Positions 22,192 to 32,169 are shown, counted from the first letter of the stretch. The stretch is DNA of 64,000 bases from an uncultured Solirubrobacterales bacterium (GCA_963743345.1 CAVUPW010000016.1:506-64505), one strand, 5' to 3'. Numbers and translations: made by a program. Notes: generated by a model from the letters alone, not told the origin.

Positions 22192-22295
22192 GGTCGATAG
22201 ATCCCGACGGCGTCGAGGGCGGTCGAGAGATCCCGGCGCGGAGTCCAGGTCGATAGATCCCGGCCACAAATAGGTCGTCGATCCTGGCCACAAAT
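22192..22295. repeat. Four imperfect direct repeats, consensus GGTCGATAGATCCCGG
   Basis: Copies start at 22192, 22221, 22248 and 22273. The last two extend with CCACAAAT. Confidence 0.7.
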
Positions 22296-22297
22296 CG

Positions 22298-22326
22298 CTC
22301 AAGCGCCCTTACCGCCATTCCGATAG
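22298..22326 (+). promoter_or_regulatory. sigma28/WhiG/FliA-like promoter of the second diguanylate cyclase
   Basis: CTCA-N17-TCCGATAG. The ATG at 22335 lies about where transcription would start, so the mRNA may be leaderless. Confidence 0.5.
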
Positions 22327-22334
22327 GCGGATCA

Positions 22335-23822
22335 ATGGGACCTGAACGGCCAGAGCAGCGGCTGCCTGGGTCGCACCCCGCCGGACGGGCCGGACCGCGA
22401 GGACGGGGCACGCCATCAGCTCTGCGTCTGGGCCGTCTGGGTATGGCCCTGGTCATCGCCTGGCTGGGCTTGATGGTCGCGGCCGGCTGGGTGCTGGCCG
22501 GCTCCCAGGCGCGCAGCCGCCACGCCGTGGCCGGGCGTCTGGAGGCGCGAACCAAGTACGCCGCGACGTTCGTCTCGATCTACGCGCGCGACCTCCTGGC
22601 TCGTGATCGGTCGGCGGCCCGGAGCTGGTTCGCGACGCCGCGGGTCAACCGCGGCGCGCTCGAGCGCGCCGCGTCCGCCTTGGGCTTGAGCGGCGCTGTG
22701 CTCCTCGATGCCCACGGACAGCCGATCGCCACGTTGTCCGAGCGCGCCGCCTCGGTCGATCGGATGCTGGTCGGGCGCTACGGCGCCTTCGCCGCCACCG
22801 ACGCCGGCGCATCCCGGATCTCGCTGGTCGCGGTCGGCCGCGCGCCGTTGGTCAGCTTCGCCGTGAGGTATGGGACCCCGTCGGGGCCACGCGTGTTCGC
22901 TGGCGCGTATGCGATGGCCGACACCGTGCTGCCGACCGTGCTCAACGAGGTGCTCTCGACCCAGAAATACTGGCAGGCGGATCTGATCGACCCGGCCGGA
23001 GGTCGTCTCGCCGCCGGCGACGCGGCGCACGCCCACGACAATCAGGCCGAGTTCAGCGCCGCGGTCGGCGGAACGGCATGGCGGATCGTGGTCAAGGACC
23101 CGGAGGATGAGTTGTACGGCTTTCTCAACGGACCGGGGCGGTGGCTTGCCTGGGCGGCCTTGACGGGCCTGGCCATGGCCGGTCTGGCCATCATCGTCCT
23201 GATCGCCCGTCTGGCCCGCCGGCGCCGACAGCTGACGGTGCTCAACGTCGAACTGGCCCGCCTGGCTGCGGTGGACCCCCTCACCGGGCTTCGCAACCGC
23301 CGCGCGATCGAGGAGTACGTGCACGACGCGCTCAGCGCTGCCCGCCGGCACGACCTCCCGCTGTCGGTGCTCGTGATCGACGTCGACCACTTCAAGAACT
23401 TCAACGACACGCTTGGCCACCGCGGCGGCGACACCGTGCTCGCCCACACCGCCCGGGTCCTGGATGGGGCGCTGCGGGCCGAGGACGCCATCGGCCGCTG
23501 GGGCGGGGAGGAGTTTCTGGTTGTCCTGCCCGGCACCGACGAGGAAGGCGCGCTGCACGCCACTGAGCGCCTCCGCACCGCGTTGGCCGCCGATCAGCCC
23601 GAGGATGCTCGTGCGCGAGGCCTTGCGGTGACCGTCACGATCGGCGTGGCCGAGTGGCGCCACGAGGAGATGAGCGAACTCATCAGCCGTGCCGACGCCG
23701 CCCTTTACCGCGGGAAGGCCGCCGGCAGGGATATGGCGCAGGTCTCGCCAAGCGTCGTCACCACGATGCGCCATCCGCTAATCTGCTCTTCACCAGAGAA
23801 AGGAGGTGGTCCGACTGTCTGA
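22335..23822 (+). CDS. Membrane sensor diguanylate cyclase (GGEEF)
   Basis: Two TM helices flank an extracytoplasmic domain; DPLTGLRNRR, DVDHFKNFND, RAED I-site, WGGEEF. Confidence 0.9.
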   Translation: MGPERPEQRLPGSHPAGRAGPRGRGTPSALRLGRLGMALVIAWLGLMVAAGWVLAGSQARSRHAVAGRLEARTKYAATFVSIYARDLLARDRSAARSWFATPRVNRGALERAASALGLSGAVLLDAHGQPIATLSERAASVDRMLVGRYGAFAATDAGASRISLVAVGRAPLVSFAVRYGTPSGPRVFAGAYAMADTVLPTVLNEVLSTQKYWQADLIDPAGGRLAAGDAAHAHDNQAEFSAAVGGTAWRIVVKDPEDELYGFLNGPGRWLAWAALTGLAMAGLAIIVLIARLARRRRQLTVLNVELARLAAVDPLTGLRNRRAIEEYVHDALSAARRHDLPLSVLVIDVDHFKNFNDTLGHRGGDTVLAHTARVLDGALRAEDAIGRWGGEEFLVVLPGTDEEGALHATERLRTALAADQPEDARARGLAVTVTIGVAEWRHEEMSELISRADAALYRGKAAGRDMAQVSPSVVTTMRHPLICSSPEKGGGPTV

Positions 23823-24008
23823 AAGTCCTTGCGGGACCCTGGAGGTGTCCGGCCGCTAAGTCCGGAGGCTGACCCCGCTTAGCGGAGTCCCCCCGAGACA
23901 CCGCCGGCGCGAGCGCCGGGACTCGTCCCTCCGGCGTACACCAGCTCGTTCCGGTTCAAGCCAGCCAAACTCGTGAAGGGCACCGTGTCGACGGTGCCCT
24001 TCACGCAT
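23791..24008 (+). ncRNA. Candidate ~215-nt structured small RNA or small-ORF transcript
   Basis: TAATCT -10 (23779-23784), strong SD AAAGGAGGT (23799-23807), nested stems GGTGTC/GACACC and CCGCTAAG/CTTAGCGG, further hairpins, and a closing terminator. Confidence 0.4.
23972..24005. terminator. Intrinsic terminator hairpin
   Basis: 15-bp perfect stem CGTGAAGGGCACCGT-gtcg-ACGGTGCCCTTCACG followed by CATTT. Confidence 0.8.
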
Positions 24009-24078
24009 TTGCGGCGCGAGCGGGCGAGCCGGGGGCGACCGGGGGGCGGCCTGGCAGCCCCCAGCCGCATGGCTCGGT

Positions 24079-24645
24079 CTAGGCAGCCAGGTACTGCTGC
24101 CAGGCCACCGGAATCGTGGGGCTGGCCACGTGGATGAATACGGTGGCGCTCGGGGTGCGCGGCGGCTTGAGCAGGCGCATCCCGACCTGGCGGAGCAGCG
24201 CGTCGCCCTTGCGCCGGTTGCAGGGAGCGCACGACGCGACGATGTTGTCCCAGCTCGAGCCGCCGCCCTTCGAGCGCGGGATCACGTGGTCGACGGTGAG
24301 GCTGGAGCGTGAGCCGCAGTACTGGCAGGTCCAGTTGTCGCGGGCGAAGACGGCGCGGCGGGTGATCTTGCGCCGGTGGGTGTCGCGCGGGATGCGCACG
24401 TACGTAACGAGGCGGATCACCACCGGCCGGGACATCGTCCGGGTCGCCGAGTGCAGCTCCCAGTCGGCGTGCTCGATGACCTCCGCCTTGTCCTTGAGCA
24501 GCAGGACGACCGCACGCCGAACCGTGCAAACGTTGATCGGCTCGTACGTCGCGTTCAAAACGAGCACCCGGCCAACCTCACGTCCGCGTCGCTGGTGCTC
24601 TGGAAGCGACGCGGACCAGACTGGCGCTGGTACTGAGGAGGGCAT
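24079..24645 (-). CDS. HNH endonuclease (McrA-like, common actinobacterial family)
   Basis: VLVLNATYEP, TRRAVFARDNWTCQYCG, LTVDHVIPRSKGG, WDNIVASCAPCNRRKG. Confidence 0.9.
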   Translation of the reverse strand: MPSSVPAPVWSASLPEHQRRGREVGRVLVLNATYEPINVCTVRRAVVLLLKDKAEVIEHADWELHSATRTMSRPVVIRLVTYVRIPRDTHRRKITRRAVFARDNWTCQYCGSRSSLTVDHVIPRSKGGGSSWDNIVASCAPCNRRKGDALLRQVGMRLLKPPRTPSATVFIHVASPTIPVAWQQYLAA

Positions 24646-24766
24646 GGCTGGGCCAGTGTACCGACGCGTCCCGCGGACCGAACAGGGCTCACGCGTCGTA
24701 CCCCTCCTCTTCACATGATGCTCACACGCTCGGAGGACCGCGCCGGGGCCCCGGGCCATCTTGCCC

Positions 24767-25630
24767 TCAGGAGACCGCAGCCGGGAACGAGCCCAGCACG
24801 CGCAGCACCTCGACATGGGCGCGCAGACCGGTCAGCGCGTCGGTCACGTGCGGCTCGATGTCGCGCCCCTCGATGTCGAGAAAGAACATGTAGCGCCCGA
24901 GGCCCTGCTTGCGCGGGCGCGACTCGATCCGGGTCAGGTTGACCTCGCGGCTGGCGAACTCCGACAGGCAGTGCACGAGCCAGCCGGGGGCCTCAGAGCC
25001 GACGCCCCAGAAGACGACCGCTGTCTTCCAGGGCCCGAGGGGCGGCTGGTCCGAACCGGGCACGCCGGGCGGCGCTCCGAGCGGCCCCAGCCAGACGAAG
25101 CGGGTCTCGTTGTCGGGGACGTCCTCCACGCCGGCCCGGAGCACGTGACACCGATAACGCTCGGCGGCCAGTCGGTTCCCGAGCGCCGCCCATGGCCCGT
25201 CGTGCTCCGCCACCGTGCGCACCGCCTCCGCGGTCGAAGCCCCCGCGAGCACGGTGGCGTGGGGCAGCCGCGAGCGGATGAAGCGGGCGCACTGAGCGGT
25301 CGCCTGTGGATGGGAGACGACGACTTCGAGCTCGGACAGCTCGAGCGGGGTCCGGGCAATCAGGCAGTGGCGGATCGGGTGAATCACCTCGCCGAGAATC
25401 GCGACGTCCTCGGTCTCCATGGCGAGCGCGTCGAGGGTGGCGTTCACCGAGCCCTCGAGCGAGTTCTCGATGGGGACCAGCGCGCGCTGGACGGAGCCGA
25501 AGTGGACCGCCATGACCGTGTCGTAAATCGTGGGCTGGGGAACCGGATCGAGTCCGTCTTGCCCCGCGGTGGCGCTGATCAGCGCCTCGTGCGTGAAGGT
25601 TCCCTCCGGTCCGAAATAGGCGACGCGCAT
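24767..25630 (-). CDS. pheA: Prephenate dehydratase
   Basis: AYFGPEGTFTHEA, VPIENSLEGSV, SHPQATAQC, NETRFV, and the ACT-domain NLTRIESRP. Confidence 0.95.
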   Translation of the reverse strand: MRVAYFGPEGTFTHEALISATAGQDGLDPVPQPTIYDTVMAVHFGSVQRALVPIENSLEGSVNATLDALAMETEDVAILGEVIHPIRHCLIARTPLELSELEVVVSHPQATAQCARFIRSRLPHATVLAGASTAEAVRTVAEHDGPWAALGNRLAAERYRCHVLRAGVEDVPDNETRFVWLGPLGAPPGVPGSDQPPLGPWKTAVVFWGVGSEAPGWLVHCLSEFASREVNLTRIESRPRKQGLGRYMFFLDIEGRDIEPHVTDALTGLRAHVEVLRVLGSFPAAVS

Positions 25631-25648
25631 CCCCCGAAGAGAGCCTCG

Positions 25649-26164
25649 CTAGCCGGACTGCTGGTGCCCGTCGGCCTCGAGCGCGCGGCGGATCGCCTCG
25701 TCTTCCTCCGGGGAGAGCTCGAACTCGGGCTTGCCCTCGCGGACCTCCTTGGCGTACAGGCGGGCCTGGTCGCGGTGGTGGATCGAGGACAGCACGAGGC
25801 CGGATCGATTGGCGTCGAGGAGGGCGATCGAGGTGGACTGCCGGCCCGACATCTCCCCGTAGGCGTCGTAGCGGATCAGCGCCCGGTAGGCGACCGCGCC
25901 GTCGATCCGTCGCTCGGCCGTCTCCATCCGGCGGTCGAGCCGCTCCGCGGCGTCCTGGACATAGCCGGACAACGCCTCGAACTGCTCCTGGAGCGCGGCG
26001 GCATGGGCGACGAGGTCCTGCTCGCGATCACCCATGATGGTGCGTTGAGCGGCCCGAAGGCGGCGCAGCTTGACTCCCAGTACCGCGCAGAGAAGAAGGG
26101 CCAGCAGCGCGACGGCGCCGGCGGCCATCGCGACGATTCCAGCCGTGCTGGTCAGGTCGTGCAC
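25649..26164 (-). CDS. DUF4446 family membrane-anchored protein
   Basis: N-terminal TM helix, RYDAYGEMSGRQSTSIALLD, RLYAKEVREG..LSPEEDEAI. Confidence 0.75.
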   Translation of the reverse strand: MHDLTSTAGIVAMAAGAVALLALLLCAVLGVKLRRLRAAQRTIMGDREQDLVAHAAALQEQFEALSGYVQDAAERLDRRMETAERRIDGAVAYRALIRYDAYGEMSGRQSTSIALLDANRSGLVLSSIHHRDQARLYAKEVREGKPEFELSPEEDEAIRRALEADGHQQSG

Positions 26165-26261
26165 TGCGGACAGGATACGGTCACTCCCGCCCCGGCTGGG
26201 ACCTGGCCGGCGAGGTGCCACGGGGGAGCGCCGGGGGGCGGGGGCGGGTGGGCCGTTTACA

Positions 26262-27368
26262 TCATTGGAACGTGACCGGGAACTGCAGGCTGTTGTTCGT
26301 CGTCGTCTTCTCGCCGGGCACGGGGACGATCGTCGCGATCACCTGCTGGGTGCCCGTGGGCGGGGTGCTGTTCAGCGTCACCTGGCAGCTGGTTGACTGG
26401 CCGGCGGTCGTCTGGGGCACGACGGTCTGGCCGGTGACCTTCGGAGCGCCGGTTACCTGGACTTTGCAGGTCACGTTGGTCTCGGTGTTCTGGCCGGTGT
26501 TGGCGAAGTTCAGCGTGAAGGTCGGCGCGGGGCTGGCCGGGATCGAGTTGGTGGAGCCGGTCTGCAGGGTGGTTCCGCCCACGCTGACCGAGTTCAGCTC
26601 GTGACCGTGCAGGCCGGGCGTGACCGGCTTCTTCTGGGCGGCGGGCAGCTGCACGCGCAGCGCCCTGGCCACATCGGTCGGGTTCAACCAGTCGATCGAG
26701 GGCAGGAACTGGCTCGAGTTGATCTGCTGGCCGCCCAGGCCGCCCACCGGAATGCCCGCGGCGCGCAGCGCGCCGATGATCTCCGGCACCGAGTAGTCGA
26801 CATAGAGCACATCCGAGGCGTAGAAACGCGCCATGTCTGACGCGATCTTGTTGACCGCCTCCTGGCTGGTCTGGGTTTGCAGCGCGGGCTGCACCTCTTG
26901 GGCGATGTTCCGGATCCCGTCGGCGCGCATCTGCAGCCCCTTCACGAAGTTCTGATCCGCGGTCTTGACCTCGTCCGGGACGTTGATGTGCTTGGCCTTG
27001 CCGAGCTGATTGGTGGCGTCGGCCAGGTCGTTGTTGATGCTGTTCTGAAGGCCGGTGGGGTCACTGGTCCCGCCCGAGAGCGCCCCGAAGAAGCTCTTCC
27101 CGGTGTTGACCGATTGAGCGTTGAGCGACGCGACGTTGTTGTTGTAGTCCTTGAGCGCGCTGTTGCGGGCGCTCACCTCGCAGCTGTTGACCAGCACCGC
27201 GATCAGGATGATCGCGACCACCACGATGACGGCCAGGACGATGCGTCGGACCAGGATCGCCTGCTGGGTGCCCGGACGCGGGCGTCGGCCACCCCCGGTC
27301 GGCCGGCGTCTGCGCGGGGCCGTCCGTGACGCTGTACGAGTCTCCTCCGGCTCGTCGAAGAACGACAC
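26262..27368 (-). CDS. Membrane-anchored hypothetical protein with a C-terminal Ig/CARDB-like domain
   Basis: VSFFDEPEE start, a TM helix, a helical region, then FANTGQNTETNV..VPVPGEKTTTNN. Confidence 0.7.
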   Translation of the reverse strand: MSFFDEPEETRTASRTAPRRRRPTGGGRRPRPGTQQAILVRRIVLAVIVVVAIILIAVLVNSCEVSARNSALKDYNNNVASLNAQSVNTGKSFFGALSGGTSDPTGLQNSINNDLADATNQLGKAKHINVPDEVKTADQNFVKGLQMRADGIRNIAQEVQPALQTQTSQEAVNKIASDMARFYASDVLYVDYSVPEIIGALRAAGIPVGGLGGQQINSSQFLPSIDWLNPTDVARALRVQLPAAQKKPVTPGLHGHELNSVSVGGTTLQTGSTNSIPASPAPTFTLNFANTGQNTETNVTCKVQVTGAPKVTGQTVVPQTTAGQSTSCQVTLNSTPPTGTQQVIATIVPVPGEKTTTNNSLQFPVTFQ

Positions 27369-27661
27369 GCTTGCTCGCTCCTTGGCGGAATCGGGAACGG
27401 TCAGTATGACCGCACCGACGGCGGTAAGACGATTCTGAACGCCGATCCCGCAGGGGAAGACGCCGGTTTGCTCGAAAAAGTGGCCGTGCGTACGCGCAAT
27501 CTCGACGGCTCGGAGCCTCCCAGGACCGGCCGGGGACGGCGGCCCGCCACAGCGCCGGAGCCCGGGCCGCGAACCGCTCGTCCCGCGTCGGAGCCCGTCC
27601 GCGAACTGCCCGTCCCGCCTCGGAGGCGGCGCCGCGAACCGCCACTCGTGCCACAGAAGCC

Positions 27662-29482
27662 ATGCCACGGACGCAGGCGGGTCGGCCTGCGGTGAGCGTC
27701 CCGCCGCCTCGCGCCAACCCGCCGGCCGAGGCCAACCCGGGGGCGCTGCGGGCGCGCGACCTCCGTCGGTCGTCCGATGCACCGCTGGTGCTCGGCCGCT
27801 ACCGCCTGCGTCGCCGGCTCGGCACCGGGGGCTTCGCCACCGTGTGGCTGGCCCACGATGAGCGCCTCGACCGCCAGGTGGCGGTCAAGATCCTCCCCCG
27901 CGAGCGTGTGGTCGGCGGGCGCTTCGAGCGCGAGGCCCGCGCCGCCGCCCGTCTCGCGCACCCGGGAATCGTCACGCTGTACGAGGCGGCGGTCGACGAC
28001 GAGGGCGCCTACCTGGTCTCGGAGCTTGTCCGCGGCGCGACGCTCGACGAGCTGCTGGCGGCCGGCCGGCTGTCGGATCGCGACGTGGTGCGCATCGGGA
28101 TCGCCCTGTGCGACGCGCTCGCCCACGCCCATGCCCACGCCGTGATCCACCGCGACGTCAAGCCGTCCAACGTGCTGGTTCCCGAGCGTCACACGACTCC
28201 CGCGCAGCTGGCCCGGCTGACCGACTTCGGAGTGGCGCGCGTGCTCGGAGGGGACACGCTGACCCGCACCGGCGACGTCATCGGCACTGAGGCCTACATG
28301 GCGCCCGAACAGGCCCAGGGCCTTCCCGCCGGCGAGGCCGCAGACCTGTTCTCGCTCGCGCTGGTTCTCTACGAGGCGCTCAGCGGCACCAATCCGCTGC
28401 GCGGTGTCGCCCCTCGTCGCCGCGCCGCGCATCTCCCGCCGCTGCGGCGTCAACGTCGCGATCTCCCGCGCGAGCTGGGTCGGACGATCGACCTGGCCCT
28501 GCGGCCGAGGCCGAACGAACGAGGGCGCCTCGAAGAGCTCCGCGCGGCGCTGGTGGCCAGCATCCCGCGGGTGGCCGACGAGCCCGGAGTGGTCGCCGAC
28601 CCATCGCCGACCCGGACCCACACGCGGGCACGCACGGCAGACGAGGAAGCGCCGCCTCGGGACCTCGGTCGCGCCGTCAATCGCGGGGACGTGCGCCATG
28701 ACGATCACCCGACGCCCACTCCGTGGCCAAGACGCGCGCTGGCCGGACTTGCCACCGCCCTCCTGATCGCCTGGCTCGCGCGCCACGGCCCGGGCACGGC
28801 ACCGCTCCCGGCTGCCCTCGCCGCTTGCCTCGCCGGCGCGCTCGTCGCCGCCGTCCCCCGCGCCGGATGGCTCACCATGGCGGCTGCCGCGGCCGCGTGG
28901 CTGATCGTCGAGTCACGTCCCGGGGAGGCGCTGGTGCTCCTGGCCGGCGCCGTGATCCCCGTGCTCGCGGCGCCCCGCGACGGGCCGGCCTGGCCGCTTG
29001 CCGCCGCCGCGCCCGCCTTAGGCACGGTCGGACTGGCCGCCGCCTGGCCGGCTCTGGCGGGTCTGACCCGCAAAGCCCACCGCCGCGCGGCCCTTGCCGC
29101 CGTCGGCTACCTCTGGACCGCGCTGGCAAGCAGAGGGATCGCCGCCACCACCAGCCTGCCCGATGCGCTCCACCACGTGCTCGGACCGATCGCCACTCCG
29201 GGCACCGCGATCGCCGCGGCAATCTGGGCCACGGCTGGGCTGGCCCTGCCGTTCACCCGGAGCCGGCGCTGGCCGGCGCTCGAATGCCTGCGCCTCGGCC
29301 TGTGGGCGATTGCCCTCGCGGTGTCGACCCTCGCCGCCGAGCACGCGGCCGGCGCGCTACACATCGAGACCGTCTTTCTGGGAGCCGGCGCGGGCGCGCT
29401 CGTGGCGCTTGGCACCAGCCGCTCGGCCGCCCGTCTGACCAGGCGCATCGGGGAACGATCCGACGCCGACCGCGTAGCATGA
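27662..29482 (+). CDS. Ser/Thr protein kinase with a multi-TM C-terminus
   Basis: LGTGGFATVW, VAVK, HRDVKPSN, TDFG, GTEAYMAPE, followed by several hydrophobic helices. Confidence 0.9.
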   Translation: MPRTQAGRPAVSVPPPRANPPAEANPGALRARDLRRSSDAPLVLGRYRLRRRLGTGGFATVWLAHDERLDRQVAVKILPRERVVGGRFEREARAAARLAHPGIVTLYEAAVDDEGAYLVSELVRGATLDELLAAGRLSDRDVVRIGIALCDALAHAHAHAVIHRDVKPSNVLVPERHTTPAQLARLTDFGVARVLGGDTLTRTGDVIGTEAYMAPEQAQGLPAGEAADLFSLALVLYEALSGTNPLRGVAPRRRAAHLPPLRRQRRDLPRELGRTIDLALRPRPNERGRLEELRAALVASIPRVADEPGVVADPSPTRTHTRARTADEEAPPRDLGRAVNRGDVRHDDHPTPTPWPRRALAGLATALLIAWLARHGPGTAPLPAALAACLAGALVAAVPRAGWLTMAAAAAAWLIVESRPGEALVLLAGAVIPVLAAPRDGPAWPLAAAAPALGTVGLAAAWPALAGLTRKAHRRAALAAVGYLWTALASRGIAATTSLPDALHHVLGPIATPGTAIAAAIWATAGLALPFTRSRRWPALECLRLGLWAIALAVSTLAAEHAAGALHIETVFLGAGAGALVALGTSRSAARLTRRIGERSDADRVA

Positions 29483-29515
29483 AACCCGCCGGCGACGGGA
29501 TGTCGCGGCCGACCC

Positions 29516-30274
29516 ATGAGCGTTCTGAAGACTCTGGAAAACAAGATTGCCGGCCTGGTGGAAGGCACGTTCAGCCGTGCGTTCCGCTCCGAGGTGCGCC
29601 CGGTCGAGATCGCGCGCAAGCTGGCCCGCGAGATGGAGGAGCACAAGTCGTACTCGGTGTCGCGCACGTACGCTCCGAACGAGTACCGGGTGTTCCTCTC
29701 GCCAAGCGATCGCGAGCGTTTCGCCGGCTACGAAGCGGCGCTGACCGCGGAGCTGGCGGGCTACCTGCTCGAGCACGCGCGTCGCGAGCGCCTCACGCTG
29801 CTGTCGCGTCCGGTGATCGAGTTCGAGACCGACGACCGGCTCGGGCTCGGCGAGTTCGGCATCCAGACCCGGGTCGCCCAGCCCGAGGACGAGCCGGTGA
29901 GCGCGCCTGCCGAGGCCCCGTCCGGGCGCACCATGGTCTACAGCAACGCCGAGCGCGTGGCGGAGCCGCTCGAGGAGCGGGGCCGGCCGCGCGCTCAGAC
30001 GCCGCTGCTCCTGATCGACGGCAAGCGCGTGGTGATCGGCCCGGCCGGCGCCACGATCGGGCGGGGCCGCCAGGCGGACATCGTGCTGGACGATCCTAAC
30101 GTCTCGCGCCAGCACGCCGAGATCCGTCCCCGCGGGGGATCCTGGGTCATCGCCGACCTCGGCTCGACCAACGGTTCACAGCTCAACGGACGCCGCATCG
30201 ACGGCTCCGAGGTGCTGCGAACCGGCGACGAGATCGAGCTGGGCGCGTCGCTAATGACGTTCACTCTCGAGTAG
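29516..30274 (+). CDS. fhaA: FhaA (DUF3662 + FHA domain)
   Basis: FRSEVRPVEIARKLAREM, IGRG..DPNVSRQHA, DLGSTNG. Confidence 0.9.
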   Translation: MSVLKTLENKIAGLVEGTFSRAFRSEVRPVEIARKLAREMEEHKSYSVSRTYAPNEYRVFLSPSDRERFAGYEAALTAELAGYLLEHARRERLTLLSRPVIEFETDDRLGLGEFGIQTRVAQPEDEPVSAPAEAPSGRTMVYSNAERVAEPLEERGRPRAQTPLLLIDGKRVVIGPAGATIGRGRQADIVLDDPNVSRQHAEIRPRGGSWVIADLGSTNGSQLNGRRIDGSEVLRTGDEIELGASLMTFTLE

Positions 30275-30286
30275 GCCCACGACCAG

Positions 30287-30781
30287 ATGCTCGCGCCCGT
30301 CTCGGTAGGTCTCAAGTTCGGCTTCCTGATCGTCCTCTACCTGTTCCTGATCTGGGTAGCCTGGAGCGCGCTGCGGGACCTGCGCCGGGGTCGCGGCGGG
30401 GTGGTGCGGGCCGACCGCGCCGCGCGATACGACGCCACCGGCATGTACGACGCCGCGGGCAGCATGGTCGAACTCGACGGGAACGGCTTCGAGCCGCGCC
30501 TGCTGGTGGAGCGTGTTCCCGGGCACGAGACTGGGAGCGCGTATGAAATTCCCAGCCAGGGCGCTACTCTCGGCCGCGGAGACGTCGAGATCAGGCTCGA
30601 CGACCCGTTTGCCTCCGCGCATCATGCCCGCATCTCGCGGGAGGGCCACGTCGTCGTGATCGAGGACCTGGGATCCACCAACGGCACATACCTGAACGAA
30701 GAGCCCCTGAGCGGGCCGCAGCCGCTGCACCCCGGCGACCGGATTCGAATCGGCGACTGCGAGTTCTCGTACGAGCAATGA
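30287..30781 (+). CDS. fhaB: FhaB/FipA membrane-anchored FHA protein
   Basis: LKFGFLIVLYLF TM helix, LGRG..DDPFASAHHARI, EDLGSTNGTYLN. Confidence 0.87.
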   Translation: MLAPVSVGLKFGFLIVLYLFLIWVAWSALRDLRRGRGGVVRADRAARYDATGMYDAAGSMVELDGNGFEPRLLVERVPGHETGSAYEIPSQGATLGRGDVEIRLDDPFASAHHARISREGHVVVIEDLGSTNGTYLNEEPLSGPQPLHPGDRIRIGDCEFSYEQ

Positions 30782-30821
30782 GCGATCTAACCGCCATCGA
30801 GCCACGGCGGGAAAGCCGGCC

Positions 30822-32114
30822 ATGATGCTGCGCGCGGCAGAAGCGACCTGCAAGACCGACACCGGCCGCCAGCGGCGGGACAACGAGGACAGCGCGTTCG
30901 CCCGGGCGCCCGTTTTCGTGGTGGCCGACGGCATGGGCGGCGCGCAGGCCGGCGAGGTCGCCTCGCGGATCGCGATCGAGGCCTTCGAGCGTGGCCTGCC
31001 CGACGACGGCAGCCCTGAAGAGCGGCTGGCCACGCGGGTCCGGGACGCCAACCACCAGATCTACGAGCGCTCCCGGGCCGACCGACAGCGGGCCGGGATG
31101 GGGACCACGCTCACCGCCGCCTACGTCGACGACGCTCACGTGGCCATCGCGCATGTCGGCGACAGCCGCGCCTACCTGTTCCGGGACGGGACCCTCCAGC
31201 GCCTCACCCAGGACCACTCGCTGGTCGACGAGCTGGTGCGCCGCGGCAAGCTGACCGAGGAGCAGGCCGCCGAGCACCCCCAGCGCTCGATCATCACGCG
31301 CGCTCTCGGCCCCGAGCCGGACGTCGAGGTCGACACCTGGACCTACCCGGCCCGCGCCGGCGACGTGATCCTCCTGTGCAGCGACGGGCTCACCTCGATG
31401 ATCTCCGAGGAGCGGGTCAGGGCCGTCCTGGAGGCGCACGAGAACCTGGACGCGGCCGCCGACGCACTGATCAGCGAGGCCAACGAGGCGGGTGGCCGGG
31501 ACAACATCACCGTGGTCCTGTTCCGCCTCGAGGAGCTGGGCGATGACGCCAGCTCCAACCAGGAGACGATGGTCGGCGTGGCGGTGCCCCGCGCGCCCGC
31601 ACCGGCCGCCGACGGCGAGCCCGACGGCGGATCGGACCCCAATGCGCCACACGCCGTGACCGAGGCGCGCGGCCGCAGCGCGGTGGCCGTCGTGCCCCCG
31701 CCCTCATCCGCGCAACCCGCGCTGCAGCGCTCCCCACCCCCGCCGGCCACCCGGCGACTCGAGCCGATCCCGCCCGGGACCGAGCACCGCCCCGAGCGAC
31801 GGTTCGGCAAGCCGTTCGCGGCGCTCGTGGCCACGGTGATCGTGCTGGCGCTGATCGGCGGGGCCGGCTATCTGGCCACTCGCCAGCTGTACTTCATCGG
31901 CACCAACGCGCAGGGGGTGGTGACGATCTACCGAGGCCTCCCCTACGACCTGCCGTTCAGCGTGCCCCTGTACGAGACCTATTACGTCTCCGGGGTCCCG
32001 GCCTCGACCATCCCGCCCGTCCGGCGGGGCCAGCTGCTCAACAACAACCTGCGCTCCCAGTCGGATGCGACCTCGCTCGTGATGGATCTCGAGCAGGGGA
32101 GGATCTCCCCGTGA
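30822..32114 (+). CDS. pstP: PP2C-type Ser/Thr phosphatase
   Basis: DTGRQRRDNED, VADGMGG, GMGTT, HVGDSRAY, LCSDGL, GGRDNITV, and a C-terminal TM helix. Confidence 0.93.
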   Translation: MMLRAAEATCKTDTGRQRRDNEDSAFARAPVFVVADGMGGAQAGEVASRIAIEAFERGLPDDGSPEERLATRVRDANHQIYERSRADRQRAGMGTTLTAAYVDDAHVAIAHVGDSRAYLFRDGTLQRLTQDHSLVDELVRRGKLTEEQAAEHPQRSIITRALGPEPDVEVDTWTYPARAGDVILLCSDGLTSMISEERVRAVLEAHENLDAAADALISEANEAGGRDNITVVLFRLEELGDDASSNQETMVGVAVPRAPAPAADGEPDGGSDPNAPHAVTEARGRSAVAVVPPPSSAQPALQRSPPPPATRRLEPIPPGTEHRPERRFGKPFAALVATVIVLALIGGAGYLATRQLYFIGTNAQGVVTIYRGLPYDLPFSVPLYETYYVSGVPASTIPPVRRGQLLNNNLRSQSDATSLVMDLEQGRISP

Positions 32115-32169
32115 ACCGGAAACTCGGGGGCGGGGGCGCCGCGGGCTCGAGCGAGAGGCTGAGCGCCGC

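Noticed and set aside
22192-22295. Mini-CRISPR array
   Set aside because: Units are about 16 nt and degenerate, spacers are about 10 nt and partly repeated, and there are no cas genes.
23799-23812. 16S rRNA 3'-end fragment on the minus strand
   Set aside because: Similarity is limited to the SD/anti-SD-length sequence, with no further rRNA homology.
24079-24645. HNH protein as an IscB/Cas9-like RNA-guided nuclease using the adjacent structured RNA
   Set aside because: No RuvC or PLMP motifs. It matches the common stand-alone actinobacterial HNH family, and the RNA candidate is on the opposite strand behind a terminator.
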